Of a stretch of 64,000 nt of DNA, positions 1 through 10,666 are shown piece after piece. The DNA comes from an uncultured Pseudomonadales bacterium (lineage in GTDB: Bacteria > Patescibacteriota > Microgenomatia > UBA1400 > Chazhemtobacteraceae): positions 185,013 through 249,012 of the forward strand of contig CAYQZQ010000001.1 in NCBI GenBank assembly GCA_964422035.1. The letters are read 5' to 3'. A model generated the notes under the pieces. That model saw only the letters and a list, made by a program, of their open reading frames with translations. It was not told the origin of the DNA and made no database searches. Position 1 is the stretch's first letter. Every line of letters begins with the position of its first letter. The position numbers and the translations under genes were made by a program.

Positions 1-575
1 TTGGCTACAGAGTTAGCTGCATCTACGACTATTTTGAGAGGTTTTATGTTTTGCAGATCATCTTTTTTTGATTGACATTCGATAAGTTTGTCAGTTATGT
101 GAGTAGCTGTAGTGTATCTACCTTGACTAACTGGAGGGAAGTTATTTTCTAGGACAAGGTCTTTAATTTCTTTTATTCCTGAGTTTCCGCTAATTGGTAC
201 TGCCTTGGCTCTGACAAGCTTGAAACCGTTGTATTGTTTAGGATTGTGAGAGGCAGAGACCTGGATACCGCCGTGGAGTTTTAAGAAGCCGACGGCAAAG
301 TAGAAAGTAGGGGTTGAGTTAAAACCAATGTCAACAACGGTTATTCCACTATCGATCAAGCCTTTGATTAGAAAGCCTTTGATTTGCGGAGATGACAAGC
401 GCATATCATTGGATACGGCGATTTTAATTTGATCCTCATTCTCAAGTTCAGATTGAATCAATTGAGCATATGCCCTACCGATGCGATAAGCAACTTTGGA
501 GTCAATTTGATCAGGATAAATCCCCCTGATGTCATAAGTCTTAAAAATAGACGGGTCAATTTTTTGTTTGTTCAT
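1..575 (-). CDS. Phosphomannomutase/phosphoglucomutase (5' part; runs off window start)
   Basis: Manual translation from ATG at 575: MNKQKIDPSIFKTYDIRGIYP..., with the alpha-D-phosphohexomutase catalytic motif VSASHNP at ~241-260. Not in the ORF track because it is truncated. Confidence 0.9.
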   Translation of the reverse strand, partial: MNKQKIDPSIFKTYDIRGIYPDQIDSKVAYRIGRAYAQLIQSELENEDQIKIAVSNDMRLSSPQIKGFLIKGLIDSGITVVDIGFNSTPTFYFAVGFLKLHGGIQVSASHNPKQYNGFKLVRAKAVPISGNSGIKEIKDLVLENNFPPVSQGRYTTATHITDKLIECQSKKDDLQNIKPLKIVVDAANSVA

Positions 576-642
576 AATCAGATTATAACAAGTCGTTTGC
601 TGTGATGTTGTGCAGAATATAAGTGTTGTGTAAACTACAAAT

Positions 643-2910
643 ATGCCTGCCGTATTAAATTTTAAGGACATTGACCGTGAAGATATTGAGTTAGTCGGAG
701 GAAAGGGAGCTAATTTGGGAGAGATGACACGGGCCGGTTTTCCTGTTCCAGCAGGTTTTTGTGTGACAGCGCAGACGTATAGGAAAATCATTGAATACAA
801 CGATTTAGATGGAGAGATTCGCCAGATCTTGGAGTCTTTGGATGTACATGATAGTAGAAAGTTGAAAAAAGCGGCGGGAAAAGTAAAAAGATTGATTGAG
901 AGGGCAGACGTGCCGCCTGATATTGTAAATGAGATTATCACAGCATATGAGAAGTTGAAAGAAGGTGAGAGACATCCTTTGGTGGCTGTACGTAGCAGTG
1001 CTACGGCTGAAGATTTACCTGATGCGAGTTTTGCCGGCCAACAAGCTACCTTTTTAAACGTTAAAGGCGAGGCTGAGTTAATGCAGTCGGTGAGAAAAGC
1101 TTGGGCATCTTTATTTGAACCACGGGCAATATTTTATAGAGAAAATAAGGGTTTTGATCATTTTAAGGTAGCTCTGGCTGTTCCGGTGCAGTTGATGGTG
1201 CAAAGTGAAACCAGTGGAATTATGTTTACTATCAATCCGATCAATAATGACAAGCGAAGAGTGGTAATCGAAGCTGTATGGGGTCTGGGAGAGATGGCTG
1301 TGCAGGGCAAGTATACTCCTGACAGGTATCAGGTTGATAAAACTTCCAAGCAACTTTATTCATTGGTGGTAAACAGACAAGAAGAGCAGTTAATTCGTCA
1401 AGGGAAGAATACTAAAGAAGTGGATGTTCCCGAGAAACAGATAGAGGAGCAAAAATTGGATGAAAAACAAGTTATTAGACTGGCCGAGATAGGAATTAAG
1501 CTTCAAGACCATTACACATACCCTCAAGATGTTGAGTGGGCGGAAGAGGATGGTGAGCTTTACATTGTACAGACCAGACCAATTACAACCATGGACAAGG
1601 CAAAAGAAGCAAAAAGCAAGAAGATCGTAGGCATTAATAAGCTGGAAGAGATTTTAGAAGGAATTCCTGCTGCACCGGGGACAGCTTGGGGACCACCCAA
1701 GATCATTAAATCATCAAATGATCTTGAAAAAATTAAAGACGGAGATGTTTTAGTTACTGAGATGACAACTCCTGATTTTGTGCCTGGAATGAAAAGAGCG
1801 GTAGCAATTGTGACGGACAAAGGAGGGCAGACTTCTCATGCGGCAATTGTTTCCCGCGAACTGGGATTGCCGGCTGTAGTAGGAACTGATAATGCTTCTA
1901 AGGTTTTGAGTGATTATAAACTTATTACTGTGGATGGCAGCACAGGAAAAATATATCAAAAAAAACCTGAGCTGAAGGAAAAACAGAGCAGTGTTGTCAA
2001 GAAGATTCAACCAGAGGAAGCTATTGAGACGGCCACTAAAGTCTATGTTAACCTTGGTGAACCAGAACTAGCTGGCAGGGTGGCAGGAAGGGATGTTGAC
2101 GGTGTAGGGCTTTTGAGAGCCGAGTTTATGATGGCTCAGATAGGGGTACATCCTAAGAAAATTATTGAAGATGGAAAGCAGGAAAAGTTTATCGAAAAAC
2201 TTACAGACGGACTAGAGAGGTTTGGTAAAGCTTTTGGATACAGACCTGTTGTCTATAGAGCAAGTGATTTTAAGACTAATGAGTATCGTAATCTAACGGG
2301 AGGTAAAAATTTTGAACCAGAAGAGGAAAACCCAATGCTTGGGTACAGAGGTGCTTCTAGATACATAACAGACGAAAAAGTGTTTGAAATGGAACTGGAG
2401 GCAATCAATAGAGTGCGGGACAAAAGAGAGGTAAAAAATATCTGGCTAATGATTCCGTTTGTAAGAACACCTGATCAGATGATGAAGGTTAAAAGAATTG
2501 TGGCAGCAAGCGGATTGAGAAGGTCTCCCTCTTTTAAGTTGTGGATGATGGTAGAGGTGCCAACAAATATTATAATGCTGGAGGAGTTTGCTAAAGCAGG
2601 TATTGATGGGATAAGCATTGGAAGCAATGATCTAACCATGTTGACATTAGGAGTTGACAGAGATAATGAGAATGTAGCTAATCTATATGATGAAAGAGAC
2701 CCATCAGTGCTGTGGATGATTGAGACGGCCATTAGAAAGGCCCAGGATCTGGATTTAACGATCAGTATTTGCGGGCAAGCCCCCAGTGTTTATTCTGAGC
2801 TGACAGAAAAGTTGGTTAAATGGGGTGTGACCAGTGTATCGGTTTCACCGGATGCAATTGAGAGAACCAGAGAGATTGTCTATGAATGTGAAAAAAGATT
2901 GATGAAATAA
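643..2910 (+). CDS. ppsA: Phosphoenolpyruvate synthase (pyruvate, water dikinase)
   Basis: VGGKGANLGEM, VAVRSSATAEDLPDASFAGQQ, phospho-His motif GGQTSHAAIVSRE, EENPMLGYRG, SIGSNDL, ICGQAPS. Confidence 0.96.
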   Translation: MPAVLNFKDIDREDIELVGGKGANLGEMTRAGFPVPAGFCVTAQTYRKIIEYNDLDGEIRQILESLDVHDSRKLKKAAGKVKRLIERADVPPDIVNEIITAYEKLKEGERHPLVAVRSSATAEDLPDASFAGQQATFLNVKGEAELMQSVRKAWASLFEPRAIFYRENKGFDHFKVALAVPVQLMVQSETSGIMFTINPINNDKRRVVIEAVWGLGEMAVQGKYTPDRYQVDKTSKQLYSLVVNRQEEQLIRQGKNTKEVDVPEKQIEEQKLDEKQVIRLAEIGIKLQDHYTYPQDVEWAEEDGELYIVQTRPITTMDKAKEAKSKKIVGINKLEEILEGIPAAPGTAWGPPKIIKSSNDLEKIKDGDVLVTEMTTPDFVPGMKRAVAIVTDKGGQTSHAAIVSRELGLPAVVGTDNASKVLSDYKLITVDGSTGKIYQKKPELKEKQSSVVKKIQPEEAIETATKVYVNLGEPELAGRVAGRDVDGVGLLRAEFMMAQIGVHPKKIIEDGKQEKFIEKLTDGLERFGKAFGYRPVVYRASDFKTNEYRNLTGGKNFEPEEENPMLGYRGASRYITDEKVFEMELEAINRVRDKREVKNIWLMIPFVRTPDQMMKVKRIVAASGLRRSPSFKLWMMVEVPTNIIMLEEFAKAGIDGISIGSNDLTMLTLGVDRDNENVANLYDERDPSVLWMIETAIRKAQDLDLTISICGQAPSVYSELTEKLVKWGVTSVSVSPDAIERTREIVYECEKRLMK

Positions 2911-2930
2911 TTCGTGATAAACTTTAAGAT

Positions 2931-4205
2931 ATGGCAAAAATAAAAAAGATCGAGGCTAGAGAAATTTTGGACTCACGAGGAAATCCTACTGTTCAGACAA
3001 CTATATGGGCTGACAGTGGCCAAGCTACGATTGCATCTGTACCAGCAGGTGCCAGTACTGGTAAATATGAAGCTAAAGAACTGCGAGACGAAGACCCTAA
3101 TCGCTTTGGGGGTAAAGGTGTATTAAAAGCTGTTGACAATGTAAACAAGATAATTGCTCCAGAGATTGTGGGTATGGATCCTAGATATCAATCTCCTATT
3201 GATAAAAAGATTATAAAGATAGATGGGACCAAGGATAAGTCTAAATTGGGTGCAAATGCAATTTTGTCAGTTTCTCAAGCAGTGGCAGAGTTGGGAGCAA
3301 TTGTGTCCGGCAGACAGGCCTTTGAGTACATAGCTGAAAAGTATGAGTTGTTTAACAGCTCGTCGATGATGCCAGGCGGATTATTTAATCTAATTAATGG
3401 AGGTGCTCATGGTGCGGGAAACAACTTAAATTTTCAAGAGTTTCATATCATACCCTCGACTCGGGTAAAGTTTTCTCAGGCACTTGAGACAGCTGAAAAC
3501 ATATATCAAACTTTAAAGTCCTCTCTGAAAAAAAGAAAGACTTCATATGCCGTAGGTGATGAAGGAGGTTTTGCTCCCAATTTATATGCTAATACTGATG
3601 CCGTCGAGTTTTTGATAGAAGCTACCAAAACAGCTGGATATAGTTTGGGAAAGGATATTTTTATGGGGATCGATGCAGCTGCTAATTACTTTCATAAATC
3701 TGGTAAATACCAACTACAAGATAAATCACAACCTATGGACACAAATGAACTGATTGAATTCTATGAACAAATGCAGAATGATTACCAGCTCTTCTTACTT
3801 GAAGACGGTTTAGCAGAGGATGACTTTAAAGCTTGGGCGCAATTACAGCAAAAGTTAGGACAAAACACTTTAATAGTGGCTGATGACTTGACGGCCACAA
3901 ATAAAGACAGGCTGCAAAAAGCAATTGAGATGAAGGCCTGTGGCGGGGTAATTATCAAACCCAACCAGATTGGGACTATCTCCGAGACAGTTGACGTTGT
4001 TAAGTTGTGCAAAGATAATAAATTAACTGTGATTGTTTCCCACAGGTCTGGCGAGACAATTGATGATTTTATTGCTGATTTTGCGGTAGGTGTGGGAGCA
4101 GATTATGTTAAGTTTGGGGCACCATCAAGAGGAGAAAGAGTAGTTAAATACAACAGACTGATAGCAATTGAAGAAATGATTGAAGGGTCAAGGAAAAAGC
4201 AGTAG
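2931..4205 (+). CDS. eno: Enolase
   Basis: REILDSRGNPTV, GASTG, LGANAIL, VGDEGGFAP, IKPNQIG, SHRSGET, RGERVVKYNRL. Confidence 0.97.
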   Translation: MAKIKKIEAREILDSRGNPTVQTTIWADSGQATIASVPAGASTGKYEAKELRDEDPNRFGGKGVLKAVDNVNKIIAPEIVGMDPRYQSPIDKKIIKIDGTKDKSKLGANAILSVSQAVAELGAIVSGRQAFEYIAEKYELFNSSSMMPGGLFNLINGGAHGAGNNLNFQEFHIIPSTRVKFSQALETAENIYQTLKSSLKKRKTSYAVGDEGGFAPNLYANTDAVEFLIEATKTAGYSLGKDIFMGIDAAANYFHKSGKYQLQDKSQPMDTNELIEFYEQMQNDYQLFLLEDGLAEDDFKAWAQLQQKLGQNTLIVADDLTATNKDRLQKAIEMKACGGVIIKPNQIGTISETVDVVKLCKDNKLTVIVSHRSGETIDDFIADFAVGVGADYVKFGAPSRGERVVKYNRLIAIEEMIEGSRKKQ

Positions 4206-4207
4206 TT

Positions 4208-4876
4208 TTAAGAGATGTGGTAGGAGGTATAATCTCCAAACGGATTTTCTACAATGGAGGCTTGATTTTTGGTTAAGTCTTCAAAGTACATTCTAATCAA
4301 CCTCATGGTGTTATTATTGCCACAAAAGGCTACATTAATGTTTTCTTCCAACACCTTCTTTTCTAGTTGTTGGCAAAAAGGTTTGACGCGGTTTTCCCAG
4401 ACCATTTTCAGACTTTCACCATTAGGCGGAGGGTAGTCCCAGGCACGCTTCCAAAGTATAAACTGTTTGGGTTTTTCCTTTATTAATTTCATTTTATTTT
4501 TGCCGGTGAGATCCCCATAGTCTCTTTCCTTTATTCCCTCTTGAGGTTCATAGGGAACCTGAGGTTTTAGCTTCATTAGAGGATCTAAAGTTTGTTGACA
4601 ACGAGTCAGGGGAGGACTTAAGAAAAGATCAATTTGTTTGTCTTTTAACTTTTGGGCTAGTTTTTTTGCTTGTTCTTTTCCAGCCTGTGTTAACTCAACG
4701 TCTCTTCTTCCAGAAAAGATGCGGTTTTTATTGTCGTGGGTTTGGGTGTGACGAAAGAGGTAAAGAATAGGTTTCTGTTGAGAGTCAGTTTTAGGCAGTT
4801 CTTTCTGGGTTTGACCAGGGGCCTTTACTGAACCTAAGGCTGATTTTTTCAACTTTTGAAATCGTTTTTTGTCCAT
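4208..4876 (-). CDS. Histidine phosphatase family protein, dPGM (GpmA)-like, with atypical active site
   Basis: LFRH motif, FSGRRDVELT, ERDYGDLTGKNK, PPNGESLK. The second-His motif (AHGNSLR in dPGM) reads GNNNTMR. Confidence 0.8.
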   Translation of the reverse strand: MDKKRFQKLKKSALGSVKAPGQTQKELPKTDSQQKPILYLFRHTQTHDNKNRIFSGRRDVELTQAGKEQAKKLAQKLKDKQIDLFLSPPLTRCQQTLDPLMKLKPQVPYEPQEGIKERDYGDLTGKNKMKLIKEKPKQFILWKRAWDYPPPNGESLKMVWENRVKPFCQQLEKKVLEENINVAFCGNNNTMRLIRMYFEDLTKNQASIVENPFGDYTSYHIS

Positions 4877-4886
4877 GGTTGCTTTT

Positions 4887-6413
4887 CTATACGAAGCTTT
4901 TCCCAGTCATGTCATCGGGGATCGTCAATCCTAATATTTTTAATATTGTGGGTGCTAGATCAGATAATTTACCTTTATTATATTTAATCTGACTGTAATT
5001 ATTAGATATTAAGATAAGTGGTGCAGGGTTAGTACTATGAGCTGTAATAACTCTTCCTTTTTTAGTTAACATTTGCTCTGCATTCCCATGATCGGCTGTT
5101 ATTAGAATGTTAAATTCATGTTTTTGGGCCACCGATATCATTTTGCTTAAAACTTTATCTACTGTTTCGCACGCGCTAATTGTTGCTTTTATATTTCCAG
5201 TATGCCCCACCATATCTGCATTGCAAATATTTACGAAAATTACTTCATGTTGGCCTTTTTGTATATCCTTGATTACCTTTTCAGCTATGTCTGGAGTTCT
5301 CATTTTTGGTCTTTCATCATGGGTTTTGATATCAGAGTACGAGTCGAGCATAACTCTATCCTCATTTTTGTATGGTTTTTCTCTTTTGCAATTCATAAAG
5401 AAGGTTAAGTGGGCAAACTTCTCTGTTTCTGTGATTCTGAGTTGTTTTAATCCAGCTTTTGATAAAACTTCTCCTAAGGTATTTTCTATCTTCTTGGGTT
5501 CAAACATTACCTTAATTGGGAAATCACTATTGTATTGGGTCATGGTTACTATTTTGATGCTATTTGGTCCTTTTTCTTGGATTTTTCTTGCTAGTTGGCG
5601 TGGCCTATCGCTGCGAAAGTTAACCATAACCAAGGCATCCCCTTCTTTGAATACTCCCTTTTTATCAATTAGGATCGGTTCTACAAATTCATCTGTTACT
5701 CGGCGGCCATAGCTTAACTGTAAAGCTTCTACTGCTTTATTGTATTCAACACCTTTGCCTTGGGTATAGAGTTTATATGCCTTTTCTGTTCTATTCCAAT
5801 TTTTTTCTCTATCCATTGCAAAATAGCGTCCTATTACCGTTGATATTTTGCCAATTTTCAATTTCATTGTATAACCCTGCAGTTCTTTTATGAAATGTAT
5901 ACCACTGTTTGGATCAGTGTCTCGCCCATCTGTTACTAAATGAAGGTAGGCTGTTTCAATTCCTGACTGCTTGGCTGCTTTTAAGGTTGCTTTCCAATGG
6001 TCAATGTGTGAATGGACTCCCCCGTCGCTTAATAAACCCCATAGGTGTAGTCTTGAATCATTTTTCTTTACAAAATCAAATGCTTGTCTTAATGTTTTGT
6101 TTTTAAAGAAAGATTTATCCTTAATAGCTTCGTTAATTCTGAGCAAATCTTGCTTGATGACTCTGCCGGCCCCGATTGCTTGATGATTTACTTCTGAAGT
6201 CCCCATTTGCCCACTGGGTAACCCCACTTGTTTTCCAGAAGTTTTTAAAATGGCGTGTGGATGTTTTCGCCATGATTTATCAAAGAAGGGTGTTTTGGCT
6301 TTAAAAATCGCATTACCATCATATTCTTTACCTAGTCCCCATCCATCCAATATAACTAACATTACCTTTGCTTTTTCTACTTGCTTAGTTTTTTTAACCG
6401 GTTTGTTGATCAT
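4887..6413 (-). CDS. gpmI: 2,3-bisphosphoglycerate-independent phosphoglycerate mutase
   Basis: ILDGWG, GQMGTSEVNH, SDGGVHSH, DGRDT, GRYFAMDR, NFRSDR, DMVGHTG, TADHGNAE. Confidence 0.96.
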   Translation of the reverse strand: MINKPVKKTKQVEKAKVMLVILDGWGLGKEYDGNAIFKAKTPFFDKSWRKHPHAILKTSGKQVGLPSGQMGTSEVNHQAIGAGRVIKQDLLRINEAIKDKSFFKNKTLRQAFDFVKKNDSRLHLWGLLSDGGVHSHIDHWKATLKAAKQSGIETAYLHLVTDGRDTDPNSGIHFIKELQGYTMKLKIGKISTVIGRYFAMDREKNWNRTEKAYKLYTQGKGVEYNKAVEALQLSYGRRVTDEFVEPILIDKKGVFKEGDALVMVNFRSDRPRQLARKIQEKGPNSIKIVTMTQYNSDFPIKVMFEPKKIENTLGEVLSKAGLKQLRITETEKFAHLTFFMNCKREKPYKNEDRVMLDSYSDIKTHDERPKMRTPDIAEKVIKDIQKGQHEVIFVNICNADMVGHTGNIKATISACETVDKVLSKMISVAQKHEFNILITADHGNAEQMLTKKGRVITAHSTNPAPLILISNNYSQIKYNKGKLSDLAPTILKILGLTIPDDMTGKSFV

Positions 6414-6529
6414 GGATTTTTAAATTCTTAATTTATTATGCGAATATATTATTGTCTTCGTTGTTCTCTACTATATCATGTGCTTTACTCACTTTTACTA
6501 CACTACTTTTGCTTTGCTATAGTAAAGGT

Positions 6530-8236
6530 ATGAATAAAAAAATTGTAAGTGTAGAGGACAAAAATCTGGCCAAAGAGCCAAACTTAGAAAATTATCAAAA
6601 AGCCTACAAAGATTTCGATCTTGATCAAATCAAAGACAAGATGGATTTTTTTGAAGATGGGAAGTTTAATGCGGCACACAACGCAATAGGAAGGCATGCT
6701 GATACAGAGCTTAAAAACAAAGTTGCTTTGTACTGGTTAAGTGAGGACATGGAGGAAACCAAAAAGTTTACTTTTGACGAGATGGATGAGCTGTCAAGTA
6801 AATTTGCCAACTTACTGATGGACATGGAAGTTAATAAAGGAGACAGAGTGTTTTTCTTTTTACCTAGGGTGCCAGAGATTTATTATGGTTTTCTAGGTGT
6901 TATTAAAAGAGGTGCAATTGCAGGGACATTATTCAGTGCTTTTCAAGAACAATCATTGATTGACAGGTTAAAAAATAGTGGGGCGAAGGTAGTGGTTACT
7001 AATAAAGATCTTGTTGAACGGGTTGAGAAGGTAAAATCAGAGCTTACTCAGCTGGAGGAAATCATATTAGTAGAAGAGCTGGAAGAGAAATTGGAAGAAC
7101 AGGACAAGGATTTTAAAACCCGGCCGATGGATTTGGATGATCCGGCTTTTATGCTTTATACATCTGGCACAACAGGTAAACCTAAGGGTGTCATTCATGC
7201 ACATCGGGCTATTATGCAGGAACACTTGACAGCTAGATATGTGTTGGATCTTCAAAGTGATGATGTCTATTGGTGTACAGCAGATCCTGGTTGGGTTACT
7301 GGTATTGCCTATGAAATTTTAGGAACATGGAGTATTGGAGCAGCTACCGTAGTATATGAAGGAAGATTTAAGCCAGAAAACTGGTATAAGATTTTACAGG
7401 ACTTTGAAGTGACCGTTTGGTATACAGCACCAACGGCTATAAGAATGATACAAGCAGCAGGTGATGATCTTGTAGATGAGTATGATTTAAGTAACTTAAG
7501 ACACATGTGTAGTGTGGGGGAACCTTTAAATCCTGAAGCTGTCTGGTGGGGGTTGAAAGCTTTTGATTTAGTTTTTCATGACACATGGTGGCAGACAGAA
7601 ACGGGAGGAATTTGTATTGCTAATTATCCATCAATGAAACTTAAGCCGGGATCAATGGGCAAACCCATTCCAGGTGTAGAAGCTGAGATCGTTGATAATG
7701 ACGGAAAACCAATACCGGCCAATCAGGAAGGAAACTTGGCCCTAAAAAAGGGATGGTCCTCACAGATGCTTAAGATTTGGAGAAGGCCCAAAAAATACGA
7801 TAGTTATTTTAAGAACGGCTGGTACATAAGTGGGGACAGAGCTTACAAAGACGATGACGGATATTTCTGGTTTGTGGGAAGAGATGATGATGTAATCAAA
7901 ACCAGCGGTGAAAGGGTGGGTCCCTTTGAGGTTGAGTCAGCTTTGGTGGAACATCCTGATGTGGTAGAGGCAGGAGTTATTGGGAAACCTGATCCAATGA
8001 GAGGGCAAATTATTAAAGCCTTTATTGTCCTTAAACCTGGTGTTAAAGAAAGTAGTAAATTGAAAGATGAGATTGCTCAGTATGTGAAGAAGCATCTGGC
8101 CGGACATGCATATCCGCGAGAAATTGAAGTTATGAATAAACTGCCTAAGACCAGATCAGGAAAAATTGTTAGAAGGATGCTTAGAGCCAAAGAGCTTGAT
8201 CTTGAAGTTGGAGATACCTCAAGCGTAGGAGATTAA
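6530..8236 (+). CDS. acsA: Acetate--CoA ligase (AMP-forming acetyl-CoA synthetase)
   Basis: YTSGTTGKPKG, WCTADPGWVTG, SVGEPLNPEA, DTWWQTETGG, LPKTRSGKIVRR. Start moved to ATG 6530 (TATAGT 6 nt upstream). Confidence 0.93.
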   Translation: MNKKIVSVEDKNLAKEPNLENYQKAYKDFDLDQIKDKMDFFEDGKFNAAHNAIGRHADTELKNKVALYWLSEDMEETKKFTFDEMDELSSKFANLLMDMEVNKGDRVFFFLPRVPEIYYGFLGVIKRGAIAGTLFSAFQEQSLIDRLKNSGAKVVVTNKDLVERVEKVKSELTQLEEIILVEELEEKLEEQDKDFKTRPMDLDDPAFMLYTSGTTGKPKGVIHAHRAIMQEHLTARYVLDLQSDDVYWCTADPGWVTGIAYEILGTWSIGAATVVYEGRFKPENWYKILQDFEVTVWYTAPTAIRMIQAAGDDLVDEYDLSNLRHMCSVGEPLNPEAVWWGLKAFDLVFHDTWWQTETGGICIANYPSMKLKPGSMGKPIPGVEAEIVDNDGKPIPANQEGNLALKKGWSSQMLKIWRRPKKYDSYFKNGWYISGDRAYKDDDGYFWFVGRDDDVIKTSGERVGPFEVESALVEHPDVVEAGVIGKPDPMRGQIIKAFIVLKPGVKESSKLKDEIAQYVKKHLAGHAYPREIEVMNKLPKTRSGKIVRRMLRAKELDLEVGDTSSVGD

Positions 8237-8934
8237 GATAGCCTTATCAGTATAGTTACTTCACCTTTGATTTTATCGGAAAGCTGATCTTGGATATTTT
8301 GCAGGGTGGAGCGAACAACTTGTTGATGTTTTTTGGTCAGTTCTCTAGTAATTACTATGGAAGTGTCTGAGGGAAAGTTATCTTTCAAGTCATCGATGGT
8401 CGATCTAAGCCGATATGGTGATTCATAGATGATTAAAGTGTGTGAGAGATCTTTACTTAGTTGTTTAGCTGAGTAAAATATGGATTCTCTTTTCGAGGAT
8501 TTTTTAGGAAGAAAACCAACAAATAGAACCCTGTCAGAGGATAAGCCAGACACTGCTAGAGACGAAAGAGCAGCTGTTGGACCTGGTACTATGTCAAGAT
8601 CTTGAGATTTTTCAAGGAAGGTATTTATGAGTTTATAGCCTGGATCTGAGATCGTAGGTAGCCCGGCATCCGATACTAAAAGAGCCTCCCCTACTGTCTC
8701 AATTTTTTCAATTATCTGATCGATTTTATGTTGTTTTTGATAGTCAGTTAAAACTGCATATTCTCCAGAATAGTCATGTTCTATGTAACCCAAATTTTGA
8801 AGTTTTTTGTATAACTTGTTAAATCGTCTGGTATCTTCACATATTACCAGTGAAGATTGAGAGATGGTGTTTATAGCTCTAATAGAGATGTCCTCTATGT
8901 TTCCTAGGGGTAATCCTACAAGTGTAAGTTTCAT
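8233..8934 (-). CDS. rsmI: 16S rRNA (cytidine1402-2'-O)-methyltransferase
   Basis: PLGNIEDIS, CEDTR, VSDAGLPTISDPG, GFLPKK, YESPYR, RELTKKH. Confidence 0.92.
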   Translation of the reverse strand: MKLTLVGLPLGNIEDISIRAINTISQSSLVICEDTRRFNKLYKKLQNLGYIEHDYSGEYAVLTDYQKQHKIDQIIEKIETVGEALLVSDAGLPTISDPGYKLINTFLEKSQDLDIVPGPTAALSSLAVSGLSSDRVLFVGFLPKKSSKRESIFYSAKQLSKDLSHTLIIYESPYRLRSTIDDLKDNFPSDTSIVITRELTKKHQQVVRSTLQNIQDQLSDKIKGEVTILIRLS

Positions 8935-8983
8935 GAATATATTTTAACAGGTATGGTTGATAAATATTTGCTATAGTGAGGAT

Positions 8984-10666
8984 ATGTCTGCCAAAGGGAT
9001 TAACTGGAAAATTGCTGGAGCTGCTGGAATGGGAATTAAAACAGCAGGTGAAGTATGGGCCAAAGCTATGAATAGGGCTGGAAAATGGATCCACGGCTAT
9101 ACAGAGTACCCATCACTTATCAGAGGCGGACATAATACGTATCAAGTTATTTCATCAAATGAGCAAGTAAGAGCCCCTGTTAAAAAACTTGATATATTGG
9201 TGGCTTTAAATCAGGCCGGGATTGATCAACATATTGACGAAATCGGCAAAGATACTCTAGTGATAGGAGATGAAAGCCTGGTGACTGAAAAAGTGGATGG
9301 TAAGGTGATTAGCGCCCCTATCTTAAATGAAGCAAAGAAACTGGGAGCTGTTGTATTGCAAAACACTATTGCTATTGGTATTAGTGCAGCTCAGGCTGGG
9401 ATTGATATTGAGATTCTCAAAGAGGTTATTGGTGAGCAGTTAGCAGATAAAGAAGACTTGCTGGAAGTTAACTTCAATGCACTTGATAAAGGATTTAGTA
9501 TGCACCCGAGTCCGGGCGCAAAAAGTCTTACTAAAGTAGATAACAATAGAATTGTGCTGACAGGCAATGAGGCAGTCGCTTTGGGGGCTATTAGTGCTGG
9601 ATTAGATTTTTTTGGAGCTTACCCGATGACGCCAGCATCGTCTGTTTTACATTTTCTAGCTGCTAAACAAAAACAAACAGGTATGATTGTACGGCAAACA
9701 GAAGATGAGATCTCGGCTATTAATATGTGTTTGGGGGCCAGTTTCGCAGGCGCCAAGTCTATGACAGGGACTTCTGGAGGCGGGATGGCTTTAATGCAAG
9801 AGAGTATTTCTCTGGCGGGAATGCTTGAGTTACCAATGGTGCTTTTTTTGGCAATGAGGCCAGGACCGGCTACCGGTATGCCAACATGGACTTCTCAAGG
9901 AGATTTGTTGTTTGCTGTTAATTCAGGTCATGGTGAATTTCCAAAGGCAGTACTTGCACCTGGTGACGCAGAGGAAGCCTTTGAGCTAACAAGAGAAGCC
10001 ATTGATCTATCACAAAAACATCAAACTATTGTTATTTTAATTTCTGACAAGTTTTTAGCTGAATCACACATGAGTGAGGAGAAATTTGAAAACAAAAAAG
10101 CAATTCCGTTACAAAACATTGTCATGGATCCGACACAACCTGATGGCGAAATGTTTCACAGATATCAACCTACACAAAGTGGTGTTTCTAAGAGAACATT
10201 ACCAGGTGTTTTCAATGGCGAATATATAGCGAATTCAGACGAACATGACCCAACTGGTTTAGTGTCTGAAAGTGCAGAGAGGCGACAGATTGCAAACCGT
10301 CAAAGGAACGTTAAGTTGAAAGGAATTGCAGCTGATATGAGAATGCCAAAAATATATGGAGATAGTAATGCTCAAGTTAGTATTGTGACTTGGGGAAGCA
10401 ATAAGGGACCGGTACTTGATGTTTTAAATAATTGGGAAGGGAAAGTAAATTTGATTCACTTTACTCATATGTGGCCATTGCCCGATAGTGTAACAGGATT
10501 ACTTAAGAATAAAAAATTGCTTTCAATTGAGAATAATGCCAGAGGTCAGTTTGCGGGTTTGTTAAAAAAAGAAGCAGGCGTTAATTTCCAGGCTTCACTT
10601 AATAAAGATGATGGCCGGCCTTTTTATTCAGAAGAAATTATTGAATTTGTAGAGAGAAATAAATGA
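8984..10666 (+). CDS. 2-oxoacid:ferredoxin oxidoreductase, fused gamma/alpha subunit
   Basis: GAAGMGIKTAG, YPSLIRGGHN, GNEAVALG, YPMTPAS, EDEISA, TSGGG, RPGPATGMPT. Start at ATG 8984. Confidence 0.93.
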   Translation: MSAKGINWKIAGAAGMGIKTAGEVWAKAMNRAGKWIHGYTEYPSLIRGGHNTYQVISSNEQVRAPVKKLDILVALNQAGIDQHIDEIGKDTLVIGDESLVTEKVDGKVISAPILNEAKKLGAVVLQNTIAIGISAAQAGIDIEILKEVIGEQLADKEDLLEVNFNALDKGFSMHPSPGAKSLTKVDNNRIVLTGNEAVALGAISAGLDFFGAYPMTPASSVLHFLAAKQKQTGMIVRQTEDEISAINMCLGASFAGAKSMTGTSGGGMALMQESISLAGMLELPMVLFLAMRPGPATGMPTWTSQGDLLFAVNSGHGEFPKAVLAPGDAEEAFELTREAIDLSQKHQTIVILISDKFLAESHMSEEKFENKKAIPLQNIVMDPTQPDGEMFHRYQPTQSGVSKRTLPGVFNGEYIANSDEHDPTGLVSESAERRQIANRQRNVKLKGIAADMRMPKIYGDSNAQVSIVTWGSNKGPVLDVLNNWEGKVNLIHFTHMWPLPDSVTGLLKNKKLLSIENNARGQFAGLLKKEAGVNFQASLNKDDGRPFYSEEIIEFVERNK

